A stretch of DNA of 64,000 bases, taken from a virus (lineage: Duplodnaviria > Caudoviricetes). A program made the position numbers and the translations under genes. The notes below the pieces were generated by a model. The model was not told where the DNA came from, made no database searches, and saw nothing but the letters and a program-made list of their open reading frames with translations. Positions within the stretch are counted from its first letter, which is position 1. Each line of letters begins with the position of its first letter. The DNA lies in the IMG/VR virus record IMGVR_UViG_3300032272_000005, positions 1 through 64,000 of that record, one strand, 5' to 3'. Positions 1 to 8,419 of this stretch are shown in pieces.

Positions 1-373
1 TCACTACGGAGATCGGTTTCTTGGTTTTGCGGTGTTCTCTCATCATTAATGAAGGATCATCTTGGAATAGAAAGTCACAATCCACAAACATGCAGGTTCC
101 AGTGATCCCAAGTTCACGGGCCAGATGAAACACCAGAAAGCGCGAATGGCTAAAATCAGTTGAAAACGGTCTGCTGTCTCCATCGTCATACATCTGCCCA
201 CCAGCATGGATGCGAGACGTCCGATAAAACATTTTCAGCTTCCGTAACTGGCGATGTTCAACCATATAAATCTTGGGGCGTTTGGTTGCCCGTGCCAGAA
301 TTGAATAAGCGCATACTCCCGCAGCTTCATGTTCGCGTGCGTCATACCCTATAAAGTAAGTGTCCATGCCCAT
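1..373 (-). CDS. GT8-like glycosyltransferase (runs off the window's left edge)
   Basis: Not in the ORF track. Hand translation from ATG at 373 (RBS TAGGAG) gives MGMDTYFIGYDAREHEAAGVCAYSIL...FSTDFSHSRFLV...CMFVDCDFLF, with the IGYD.RE, ST.FS..RF and DxD motifs of GT-A/GT8-like enzymes. Confidence 0.75.
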   Translation of the reverse strand, partial: MGMDTYFIGYDAREHEAAGVCAYSILARATKRPKIYMVEHRQLRKLKMFYRTSRIHAGGQMYDDGDSRPFSTDFSHSRFLVFHLARELGITGTCMFVDCDFLFQDDPSLMMREHRKTKKPISVV

Positions 374-377
374 TCTC

Positions 378-905
378 CTATTTCTCTATTTTCTTAGATA
401 GTATAACCTCAAAACCGCCTTCGAATTGTCTAACCCTGCTCATTTTGAAGTTCCCCTGAAGAATACTTTTCCACCAGATATAATTCCGTAACAGGACATG
501 AGCATTGCGCCCATCGTCAAGAAACTTGGTGGCAGGTCGGGTTGATATAACTGCAAAAACTTTACCAGCCCCTACACGATCCCGAATATCGTCAAGAACC
601 CTTGCGATTTGTTTTGGTTCAATATGCTCAAGCACATCCAGACAGGCCACAAGGTCAAACGTGCCGCCTGGTTTTTCTGGGAAGGTACTCGGATCATAGT
701 TGGTGCACTTGAGATCACTGTATTTATGCAGGTAATTCCCAAGCGTTCCCTTGCCACAACCATAATCAAGAACCGTTTTAGCTTTGGTCAATTCAGCGAG
801 TTCCAGAACATGCCCAAGCCAATAGTGCCCTGATGATCCGTAGCCCGTTTTCGAATGTAGTTCGTTTTGCTGCTTCAAATATCCCTTGGTAATCATTTCA
901 AGCAA
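378..905 (-). CDS. Class I SAM-dependent methyltransferase
   Basis: VLDYGCGKG motif I; FDLVACLDVLEHI. Confidence 0.85.
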   Translation of the reverse strand: MLEMITKGYLKQQNELHSKTGYGSSGHYWLGHVLELAELTKAKTVLDYGCGKGTLGNYLHKYSDLKCTNYDPSTFPEKPGGTFDLVACLDVLEHIEPKQIARVLDDIRDRVGAGKVFAVISTRPATKFLDDGRNAHVLLRNYIWWKSILQGNFKMSRVRQFEGGFEVILSKKIEK

Positions 906-1615
906 TCCTTGTGCACCATTATGTGATCGCCTGACATGATTTTCAGAGTTTGGTAGCCATGTTCTTTAAGCAGGTTTGCCGCGCCTTCTGGATCAAAACC
1001 GTAGTAATCAGTTCCTTTCTTTTGCTCGACAATGATCAGGGGTTTATATTCATTGATCACCTTCAAACCCCCTTCGATTATCTTTTGCTCAAAACCTTCG
1101 CAGTCGATCTTCAGCACGCCCATTGGTTTCCCGTCTTGGGCCAGTGCCTCTGGTAATATATCGTCAAGCCTACACATCTTCGCTTTGATGGGGTTCGGGG
1201 TTTCTTCCCCCGCTTTCATCGCGTGCGTGTTGCCTGTGTTGTGCGGGTTGAAATGCAGGATCAATTCTTTGGTTTCATCACCAAGGGCGCATTCAACCAT
1301 CTTCACATAATTCGGCTGGACATTCTTCCAGTAAATTTCCCGCATTTGTGGGATGGGTTCAAAGGCCACAACCGAAGCCATGCGTTCCTGCCATTGCATA
1401 GACCACAGGCCAACATGTGCCCCAACATCTACAAAGCATTTGTCTTTGCAGTTTTCAATATACGTCATGGCATATTTCATGGCAGCTTTTTGTTTCTTCC
1501 ACTGATAGGTGATTTTCCCATCTTTTACGTGGCGTCCTTTGCTGGCTACCATCCAGTGCCGCAGGTGGTGTTCTTGGGCTGGAAGATGAACCCCCTCAAC
1601 TAAAACGCTATCCAT
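893..1615 (-). CDS. FkbM-family methyltransferase
   Basis: FVDVGAHVGLWS, AFEP and LKIDCEGFE motifs. Start re-assigned to ATG 1615 (AGAGGA RBS, overlaps the upstream stop). Confidence 0.85.
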   Translation of the reverse strand: MDSVLVEGVHLPAQEHHLRHWMVASKGRHVKDGKITYQWKKQKAAMKYAMTYIENCKDKCFVDVGAHVGLWSMQWQERMASVVAFEPIPQMREIYWKNVQPNYVKMVECALGDETKELILHFNPHNTGNTHAMKAGEETPNPIKAKMCRLDDILPEALAQDGKPMGVLKIDCEGFEQKIIEGGLKVINEYKPLIIVEQKKGTDYYGFDPEGAANLLKEHGYQTLKIMSGDHIMVHKDCLK

Positions 1616-2420
1616 AGAAAAATCCTCTCCGTTTATTAGCTGGCACGTCCAGTATTTTCTGAACCGCCGTTCCATTTTGTAATTCTTCGTAAGTCATATC
1701 ACAGCCGTGTAAAGTGCTGATCAATTCTTCAATCTTTTCTTTACTTGGCATGATCGCTTTACCAATCTCTGGTAGATAAGCAGGTGCACATTCGGACAAG
1801 GCACAGTGTAATGTGCAGAATGCAGGAACACCCGCCGCCAGTGCTTTCAATGTGATCGCGGATGAAAGGCTGATTACCAGCCCCACGCGGCTCAATTGGC
1901 TGTCCAAGGTTTCATGTTCTGGATGCGCTCTCGTAGGCTTGTGTCGCACGGTTACTTTGTACCCAAGATTGCCCAAACGCTGCGAAACACTGGCTACCCA
2001 TTCGGCTTGTGAATATGATAATCCCAAATGATCAAAGAATTCCTTCGACTGAAAACAGACCAAGGCCTCATCCTCTTGGACGTCTGAGCGGCCCACAGGG
2101 GCGATTAAGCTGTTTTGATACATGGCTCGTGGTAAATCTGCGTAATGGGGCTGTACACCGTTCCAGCACCATCTGAGCGTCGGTGTTGCCTTACTTGTCA
2201 CCCAGCCGTTGTCCAGATATATTGCACGGCCCTGACGCCGCTTCTTTTTGAACAGGGCGCGAGTTTTGTCCAGTACACCATAAACTACCAGCACTTCCTC
2301 GTCTCCGACGCCGCCCCCCGTGATTATTCGTGTCGGGTGTCCAAGCGAACGTGCACCTTCTGCAAATGTCTCTGCGATTTGTTCACCTTTGGGTTTGGTG
2401 AATAGAAAGACGAACTTCAT
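1608..2420 (-). CDS. Capsule-synthesis (KpsS/KpsC-like) GT-B glycosyltransferase-like protein
   Basis: YLDNGW, VRHKP and SSAITLKALAAGVP resemble Capsule_synth-family motifs. Start re-assigned to 2420 by ATGA overlap. Confidence 0.5.
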   Translation of the reverse strand: MKFVFLFTKPKGEQIAETFAEGARSLGHPTRIITGGGVGDEEVLVVYGVLDKTRALFKKKRRQGRAIYLDNGWVTSKATPTLRWCWNGVQPHYADLPRAMYQNSLIAPVGRSDVQEDEALVCFQSKEFFDHLGLSYSQAEWVASVSQRLGNLGYKVTVRHKPTRAHPEHETLDSQLSRVGLVISLSSAITLKALAAGVPAFCTLHCALSECAPAYLPEIGKAIMPSKEKIEELISTLHGCDMTYEELQNGTAVQKILDVPANKRRGFFYG

Positions 2421-3226
2421 TGGCTGTCCCTCAATAAGTTCTTGAATGCCGTGCCGTCCTGAATTTCTGCCAAAGACCATTGTGCCCACGCTAGTTTTTT
2501 GAATGCTTCTATTCTGTCAGTATGCGGTGGATCAATCAAATGATCAAGGTTATCTAACACCGCTTCGTTCACATGGTAGGGCGCGATCCTGAATGTGGGT
2601 AATCCGACTTGAACCGCTACGTTAGCTACATTGCTGGCCCATGTCACAACAGCCCGTGCCCCCCTCAAATCCTCTGCCAGAGTGTTCTTGGGTAAATGTC
2701 GGCCAGGATGGGTACGAATTCTAATTTCTGGGATGTTGCGCTTGTCGTGCTTTGCAAAGATGCGTTTGATCTTGTGAACGATATTATCTGCAAAGATCGG
2801 TGGGCATCGCATAATGTCCGAACCGATGCCCCGTTGGTCTGCTATCAGAATATGGCCCTTGGGATTGTCCTGCCATTTATACAGGGGTTGTTCAAGTTTG
2901 GCCCATCTGTCTTCGGCCCCGACATACCAGAACCCAGCCCCGTTGTGCCCATCACGCGCCAGAGCATAATAAGGTTCGAGATCATGGTATTTCTGGATAT
3001 ACCCATTTTCTGCAACTATCAGACGCGCCCCGATATTCTTCGCCGCCATTGCTGGCCCACGGTATCTGGGGTTAAGGTTCCATGTGACAACCACGTCTTC
3101 TTTTTTAACTTCGTTCGGTTGTGGGAACCGTAGCTGGGGTGTGAAACCTGCCGCCTGTAATCCGTCGGCAAAACTTGCTGATCTATATGGTGGTTGGTGG
3201 CGCAAAGTGATCCAAGCATTTGGCAT
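2417..3226 (-). CDS. Second capsule-synthesis-like glycosyltransferase (paralog of 1608-2420)
   Basis: VAENGY, IRTHPG, VTWASNVANVAVQVGLP; the C-terminal W...EIQDGTA parallels the neighbour's EELQNGTA. Confidence 0.5.
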   Translation of the reverse strand: MPNAWITLRHQPPYRSASFADGLQAAGFTPQLRFPQPNEVKKEDVVVTWNLNPRYRGPAMAAKNIGARLIVAENGYIQKYHDLEPYYALARDGHNGAGFWYVGAEDRWAKLEQPLYKWQDNPKGHILIADQRGIGSDIMRCPPIFADNIVHKIKRIFAKHDKRNIPEIRIRTHPGRHLPKNTLAEDLRGARAVVTWASNVANVAVQVGLPTFRIAPYHVNEAVLDNLDHLIDPPHTDRIEAFKKLAWAQWSLAEIQDGTAFKNLLRDSQ

Positions 3227-3882
3227 TAGTATCTTCCCAATTCTTTTACAGCATCTTCAATAGGTGTGGTGGGTATCTTAGCGGTTGTTCTGGTTATCGC
3301 GGATACGCTCACATCTTTCAATTCAAGGTGTTTTACCAGCTTCTCTAAAGCAGGTTTAAACCTCTTTTGATAGTTCTGAATTGACGCAGGTACATTGTGG
3401 CCTTCATGCCAGTGAGATTTGCCGTTTGGAAAATCCAGATCAAAACCAGCCAGATAAATAGTTGTAGCCCCAAGATGTGCGGCTAAATGTATTGCAGCAT
3501 GTCCTGAATTATTACCACAAAGAACCGATGTGTCTTCATTGTATTCACTCTCGCGTTTCTTTTCCAGATGCTTCAAACACGCATATTGCTTCATCTGCCC
3601 ATTAGGTCTGGATGCTGTCACCCCAACGAAGCCACGGGCAGCTACATTGTTTGCGTGCCAGCCCCACCATCTACGATCAAGTGCTACGACAAGTCCTGCG
3701 TCTCTGGCAACCATGAAAGCATTATTTACATATATGGAGGGGGTGCCATGCAGTTGATCCATTACTTGACGGGTGAATGATGGCCCACCCCCCCAGATGC
3801 ATACGGCTTTACCAGTGAGCGGGGCAGATGGGCAGTCCCATGGCCCACGCTCGAACCATTCTAAATCTTTTAACCAAGTCAT
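3226..3882 (-). CDS. Maf/DUF115/GT29-GT42-like sugar transferase
   Basis: CIWGGGPS, VNNA and NSGHAAIHLAAHLGATTIYLAGFD motifs. Confidence 0.6.
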   Translation of the reverse strand: MTWLKDLEWFERGPWDCPSAPLTGKAVCIWGGGPSFTRQVMDQLHGTPSIYVNNAFMVARDAGLVVALDRRWWGWHANNVAARGFVGVTASRPNGQMKQYACLKHLEKKRESEYNEDTSVLCGNNSGHAAIHLAAHLGATTIYLAGFDLDFPNGKSHWHEGHNVPASIQNYQKRFKPALEKLVKHLELKDVSVSAITRTTAKIPTTPIEDAVKELGRY

Positions 3883-4148
3883 GCCCCGTTGTTTTCCGCC
3901 GCTTTAGCCAGTGCATCTACTTGGATGTCAGAAATTGTACCGAGTTTACCAGCATTACAGATCGCGGTGTTTCGGTGTTCGGTTGCGAGTGCGGACAGTT
4001 CCCGAAGGGTCTTCACAGAACGATCACTCAGGGGGCAGGGGTTCAGGGTTTCCGCTGGTATTTCCAGAACAATGTACTCCGTCCGCGTCGGGACGTCGCA
4101 AGCACTCAAAATAGGCAATAAGAGCAGGGTCAAGAATAGCATCCGCAT
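3879..4148 (-). CDS. o-spanin (Rz1-like lipoprotein)
   Basis: Signal peptide with lipobox LSAC; overlaps the i-spanin gene. Confidence 0.75.
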   Translation of the reverse strand: MRMLFLTLLLLPILSACDVPTRTEYIVLEIPAETLNPCPLSDRSVKTLRELSALATEHRNTAICNAGKLGTISDIQVDALAKAAENNGA

Positions 4149-4404
4149 TTGTAAAGTCTCCAGTTAGGATCGCCTCAAGGTTTTCTTGTAGAACTACGAG
4201 ATTGGCTGCGGCCCGTACCGCTCGCTCTTGCTCGAATTCCTGTGCAGCGCGGGCAATGTCACGCTGTAATGTCATAGCTGCAACCGTACTGGTTAATGCC
4301 GATACTTCGACTTGCAACACGGTGTTCTTGTAGGTTTGGTAGGCCAATAAGCCCCCCAAGAATGTGGACACGGCTAACGCGCCTATGAGAATATATTTCA
4401 TCAT
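4024..4404 (-). CDS. i-spanin (Rz-like)
   Basis: N-terminal TM helix then coiled coil; immediately downstream of the endolysin. Confidence 0.75.
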   Translation of the reverse strand: MMKYILIGALAVSTFLGGLLAYQTYKNTVLQVEVSALTSTVAAMTLQRDIARAAQEFEQERAVRAAANLVVLQENLEAILTGDFTNADAILDPALIAYFECLRRPDADGVHCSGNTSGNPEPLPPE

Positions 4405-5438
4405 CGTTTTATATTAGCCCCCGTTTGATGGTCTTCGATACGCGCGTCGGCTATGCGTGTAACTGCGAACCAGATACCGCCCCCGACGAGAATAACAGCC
4501 AGTAACGGCCAATAGTTCAAAGCAATGTGATTTGCGGTTTCCAGAAGTGACTGTGATTGCGTTGCAACCGTTTGAACTGTGCTTGCATTGTCAGCGACAG
4601 TCAATAATGTTGCCCCTACACTTGAAACTCCAATTGTCTTTTTGACATTAGAGACTTCCTTCATAGTACGGGATCGGGCAAGATCACCGTCTTCATAGTC
4701 CCGAAGTGACTGTGGTTCCGCTTTCGATAGCGCGTCCCATGTACCAGACCCTACAACCCCGTCCTCATGCAATCCATTATCATGCTGGAAAGCTATGACA
4801 GATGCTTTAGTACGTGGGCCAAACTTCCCGTCTTTCTTGCCAGCAAAGAAACGCAAGTCCGCCAGTTGATCCTGTAAATCTACCACGAATGCGCCGCGTG
4901 CCCCTACCCGTAAGATCGGGCGGTTGGTGAACTCAGGTTCAATGAAGGGCATGTAGGATTTGACACGCGCACGCATATAATCCCCACAAGGGATTGCGCC
5001 ACGTATTTCAAGTTCGAATGGTAGGCGGGTGAAGTCCCACTTCCCACGCTGCCTAACGCCAAGTGTCGGTTGAACTTCCGCATGTGTCAGACAGGTTTCC
5101 CGTGTCACTGGAATTCCGTAGTTCATGTGGAACTGTGCAAGGCGTTTACAATGTGCTTCAAACTGGATGCGGTTAATTGGGCTGTCACCTGCGTCAAACG
5201 GACTTTCAATTGCCCCTCGCATTCCCGCCACTGCGAAACCTGCCGAGCCTGTATTGAGATTTAGGACATGGGCTGCATAGTCCCCATCACTGGTCACGAT
5301 GTTATCTTTTAATTCTTCGTGCCCTTTGACGTAAGAGCCATCCCATTGGGTAATCCCGTGATAGTGTTTTTTGTCGATTTCTGAGGCCATACCCGCGCCC
5401 GCTGTCCAATGGGTGATACTGCGCTTTAGTCCTGACAT
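4401..5438 (-). CDS. Endolysin: Amidase_2 + peptidoglycan-binding domain + C-terminal TM segment
   Basis: HWTAG, HYH, AAH and THAE amidase motifs; LRVGARGAFVVDLQ...DGKFGPRTKASVIAFQ...DGVVG PG-binding motif; hydrophobic C-terminus. Confidence 0.85.
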   Translation of the reverse strand: MSGLKRSITHWTAGAGMASEIDKKHYHGITQWDGSYVKGHEELKDNIVTSDGDYAAHVLNLNTGSAGFAVAGMRGAIESPFDAGDSPINRIQFEAHCKRLAQFHMNYGIPVTRETCLTHAEVQPTLGVRQRGKWDFTRLPFELEIRGAIPCGDYMRARVKSYMPFIEPEFTNRPILRVGARGAFVVDLQDQLADLRFFAGKKDGKFGPRTKASVIAFQHDNGLHEDGVVGSGTWDALSKAEPQSLRDYEDGDLARSRTMKEVSNVKKTIGVSSVGATLLTVADNASTVQTVATQSQSLLETANHIALNYWPLLAVILVGGGIWFAVTRIADARIEDHQTGANIKR

Positions 5439-5467
5439 GGCTTAAACCTTTATGTGGATTTAGACAA

Positions 5468-5496
5468 ACTATAAACAGGGTAAGACCTTTTGTCCA
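5468..5496 (-). promoter_or_regulatory. Sigma70-like promoter for the lysis/glycan operon
   Basis: TGGACA-N17-TATAGT, 30 nt upstream of the endolysin ATG. Confidence 0.55.
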
Positions 5497-5503
5497 GTCT
5501 GTC

Positions 5504-5677
5504 TTATGATACGATAATTGTCAGGCGTCTTGCGTCAGATGTTTGGACAGAACCATCCCCGAATGCCGCCTCGTTTGGTGACAGGATCGTGACAACTTCA
5601 ATAGCCCGAATTGTTACTGCGTCTTTCGGTGGGCCTACTACCACGCCGCCTGATAATTTGGATACTTCAACTGCCAT
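5504..5677 (-). CDS. Small (57 aa) beta-rich protein, probably tail-tip associated
   Basis: Below the ORF-track cutoff. MAVEVSKLSGGVVVGPPKDAVTIRAIEVVTILSPNEAAFGDGSVQTSDARRLTIIVS; ATG 1 nt after the upstream TAA. Confidence 0.65.
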   Translation of the reverse strand: MAVEVSKLSGGVVVGPPKDAVTIRAIEVVTILSPNEAAFGDGSVQTSDARRLTIIVS

Positions 5678-5678
5678 T

Positions 5679-6665
5679 TTATGATGCCCTAGATTTCACG
5701 CCACATTCCATAGCGTTTAGTGTGGCTTCGAGCCAGTTTTTTGGCCCCGCTGGATCGGCCTCCCATATGGCAGAAACCGATTTGTAACCTTCTGTAAGCA
5801 CAATATCATCTGAAAAATATGTAACCCCGTCGGATCGTAATGCAAGCGCGATAGCATCTGGCCCAGTTGTACCACGTTTAGCCTGTGCATTAACCACCAC
5901 CCCTACTGGAAACAGTGCCGTACTTATTACATCCTCTGGCTCTACAAGCATTACCTGATCTGCCGTGTTAGAGTGGGCTATAGCCGTGTTTTGCGGGAAA
6001 CTGGTAGCACCTGTGGCGATATCCGTGTAACCCCCCGTCCAGTCGGCTGTAACGCCGTCAGCGTCGATTGTATGGGCTACAACTTTACACCCAACGGTAC
6101 TGCTAGTTGCTATGATAAACTGTGAAAAGTTACTATCAGTGTTGACGTCGTTCACAGGGCCTTGAAGTGAAAAGCGGTCAACCGATGTGGCGGCTGTGAA
6201 TACAGTATCGTCTTCCCAAGAAGTGCCTTGAAGAACATCATCTTTATAAACTTCGATAAGTCCCCCGTCAGTTGCGTCACTCATAACTAAATGCACATCT
6301 ATATTCGCAAGGGTACTACCCCCAACGCTAAAAGAAATTGAGGTGTTTAACCATGTACTGCCATTCCAGTATTGCATGGTAAAAGTTGCGTTATTCCCCT
6401 CTAGTCTGAATAAATCCAAGTTAAGGTCTTCATTACCGATATAGCAAAGGGCTAAATCCATGAGGGATGTAAAAGTACCGCCTTCAAAAGAAAAATGAAA
6501 CCATACATCAGTTTGTGGTGTATCTAATATTTTATCTATACGGCTATTCACATAAAATTTTATTGAACTGTTCACATAGGTAGCGTCATGGAAGCTACCA
6601 GCTTCGACCCTACCGACCCAGCGATCAAATCCAGCTAGGTTATTTGAAGCCCATAAAAAAGACAT
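5679..6665 (-). CDS. Tail tip/receptor-binding protein (paralog A)
   Basis: Position after DUF2793; beta-rich and acidic; similar to 6678-7694 (DG.T.DW.G, LRS.G..Y, NA.E.G). Confidence 0.6.
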   Translation of the reverse strand: MSFLWASNNLAGFDRWVGRVEAGSFHDATYVNSSIKFYVNSRIDKILDTPQTDVWFHFSFEGGTFTSLMDLALCYIGNEDLNLDLFRLEGNNATFTMQYWNGSTWLNTSISFSVGGSTLANIDVHLVMSDATDGGLIEVYKDDVLQGTSWEDDTVFTAATSVDRFSLQGPVNDVNTDSNFSQFIIATSSTVGCKVVAHTIDADGVTADWTGGYTDIATGATSFPQNTAIAHSNTADQVMLVEPEDVISTALFPVGVVVNAQAKRGTTGPDAIALALRSDGVTYFSDDIVLTEGYKSVSAIWEADPAGPKNWLEATLNAMECGVKSRAS

Positions 6666-6677
6666 AGTAAACTCCCG

Positions 6678-7694
6678 TTAAGTTACGCACTCGAAACCGA
6701 TTTCAAAAGCGTTTGCGTCGGTTTCTGTGATTGGTGCGGTGTCGTCTGGATCATTCTGCCATTCAAAGTGGCGTCCCTGAAAAGTGCCATTTTCCAGGGC
6801 TTGGGTATCCCCTGTGTAATTGATCCCTCCTGATCGAAGGACGGCTCGTATTTGTTGTGGTGCAGCCCCATCACTCTGAGCGCGGTAGTTGATCCCTACA
6901 CCGTGAATAGCCCAGTTGTTTGCTATTGCGGCGTTCACGTCTGTGGCAGCGAATAAAGCAACCAGACCATTAGTACCAGCACTCAAAAAGGTTGTATCGT
7001 CCTGCCCAAAATTATCCACGGACAAATAGCCCCCGTTGGTGTCTTCCCCATCCCAGTCCATTGTCACCCCATCAGCTTCGGGCAGTAACTCAGCGACATG
7101 ACAACCAATGGTACATTCATCTGAAATAATGAAAGAAGAACAGGTCGCGCCCGTACTTGACAGGAATGGGGACTGCCACCCCACACGATCTACATCTGTT
7201 GAAGTTCTGAATATAGTGTCACCCTCAAAAGACATAACTAACTGGCCCCGCATATAGACACGAATGTATCCATCAGAATTACCTAGTTGCCAGTTCACGT
7301 CAAAGTCCCAAACTGCATTTTGGGAAGCCTGTATTATGTTTGGCAATGGCTCTACCAATGTGGCGAACCCTGACCCATTATGGTACTGGACATACATTGC
7401 GCCATTGAAGAAAGACACGCGAAACAGTTCTTCTGCATTACTTTCATTCCAAAGGGCAAAGACATGCTTATCCGCTACCGAGGGGGATGTTCCCCAGTGG
7501 AATTGCATATGCGCCCATCCCGTTGCCAGTGCTGCCCCTATATCCGTAAAACCGCCGTTCCGTACCGTGCCCCGTAGTGTAACACCGCTCGTAGTCCATG
7601 GTTCATCGTCCCCAAGTGTAGCACTTTCAGCCCCTCCTGTGGAATTCCAATCTACCATGTGCCCAAAGCTTGGGGCTGCTACATAAATTGTCAT
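6678..7694 (-). CDS. Tail tip/receptor-binding protein (paralog B)
   Basis: As for paralog A; LamG-like N-terminal half inferred. Confidence 0.6.
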   Translation of the reverse strand: MTIYVAAPSFGHMVDWNSTGGAESATLGDDEPWTTSGVTLRGTVRNGGFTDIGAALATGWAHMQFHWGTSPSVADKHVFALWNESNAEELFRVSFFNGAMYVQYHNGSGFATLVEPLPNIIQASQNAVWDFDVNWQLGNSDGYIRVYMRGQLVMSFEGDTIFRTSTDVDRVGWQSPFLSSTGATCSSFIISDECTIGCHVAELLPEADGVTMDWDGEDTNGGYLSVDNFGQDDTTFLSAGTNGLVALFAATDVNAAIANNWAIHGVGINYRAQSDGAAPQQIRAVLRSGGINYTGDTQALENGTFQGRHFEWQNDPDDTAPITETDANAFEIGFECVT

Positions 7695-8419
7695 AGGCGA
7701 ATGCCTTTGAATGTTATTGAAATATTAGCAAGAGTATCGGCGTCTCCATACTCATCAGAGAAAATTGAAAATACGTCACCAGCTACGAACGACGTTTCGA
7801 CCAGAACCGTAAATACTCCTGTTGCACTGGCATTGAATAAGATGTTTCCAAACGGGGTGCCGTTCTTCTCCAATGAGAATGCTACCGCGCCTGTGGATGT
7901 CACGGCTGCGTCAGCCAGAGAACCAGTTGCACCTGCTGGGATGCTGAAAGGCGTTACCACTTTGTAACGGAATACCAGTTCTTCGGTTGTTGGTACTCCT
8001 TGGATATACATGCCGATATCAAAGGATGAAGCCGCCGCCCCCACGCTGATTAAGGTGATCTCAGACCCATCCGAATGATAAGATGCAATGGCCCCTGCCG
8101 CCAGTTCGATTGCAAGGGACGTAGCGTCTTCCGTTTCGATGGAAACAACGGCGTCAGTCTGGTTGTAAACTGTGAAGTGCTTGATAATCCCCGCAGGGAT
8201 GAACAGCGGTGTTTCGGTGCCAGTCGTGCCAGTTAATCGGAAAATCGAATAGCTTCTGAACTCAAGATCACTAAGCAGAACGTCTGTGGTCGCGTCGGTC
8301 ACTTTATCCAGTATAGAATTCATGGCATTGTCGAGCGCGTCTACCGCAGCGTTCACTGTGGTTTCTTTGTTATTCTGAGCCGCCCCGACGTGGGCTATTG
8401 CTAGATTTGGACTTACCAT
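7691..8419 (-). CDS. DUF2793-containing tail fibre protein
   Basis: N-terminal L.IAHVGAAQNNKETTVNAAVDALD motif; directly after the large tail protein. Confidence 0.75.
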   Translation of the reverse strand: MVSPNLAIAHVGAAQNNKETTVNAAVDALDNAMNSILDKVTDATTDVLLSDLEFRSYSIFRLTGTTGTETPLFIPAGIIKHFTVYNQTDAVVSIETEDATSLAIELAAGAIASYHSDGSEITLISVGAAASSFDIGMYIQGVPTTEELVFRYKVVTPFSIPAGATGSLADAAVTSTGAVAFSLEKNGTPFGNILFNASATGVFTVLVETSFVAGDVFSIFSDEYGDADTLANISITFKGIRL

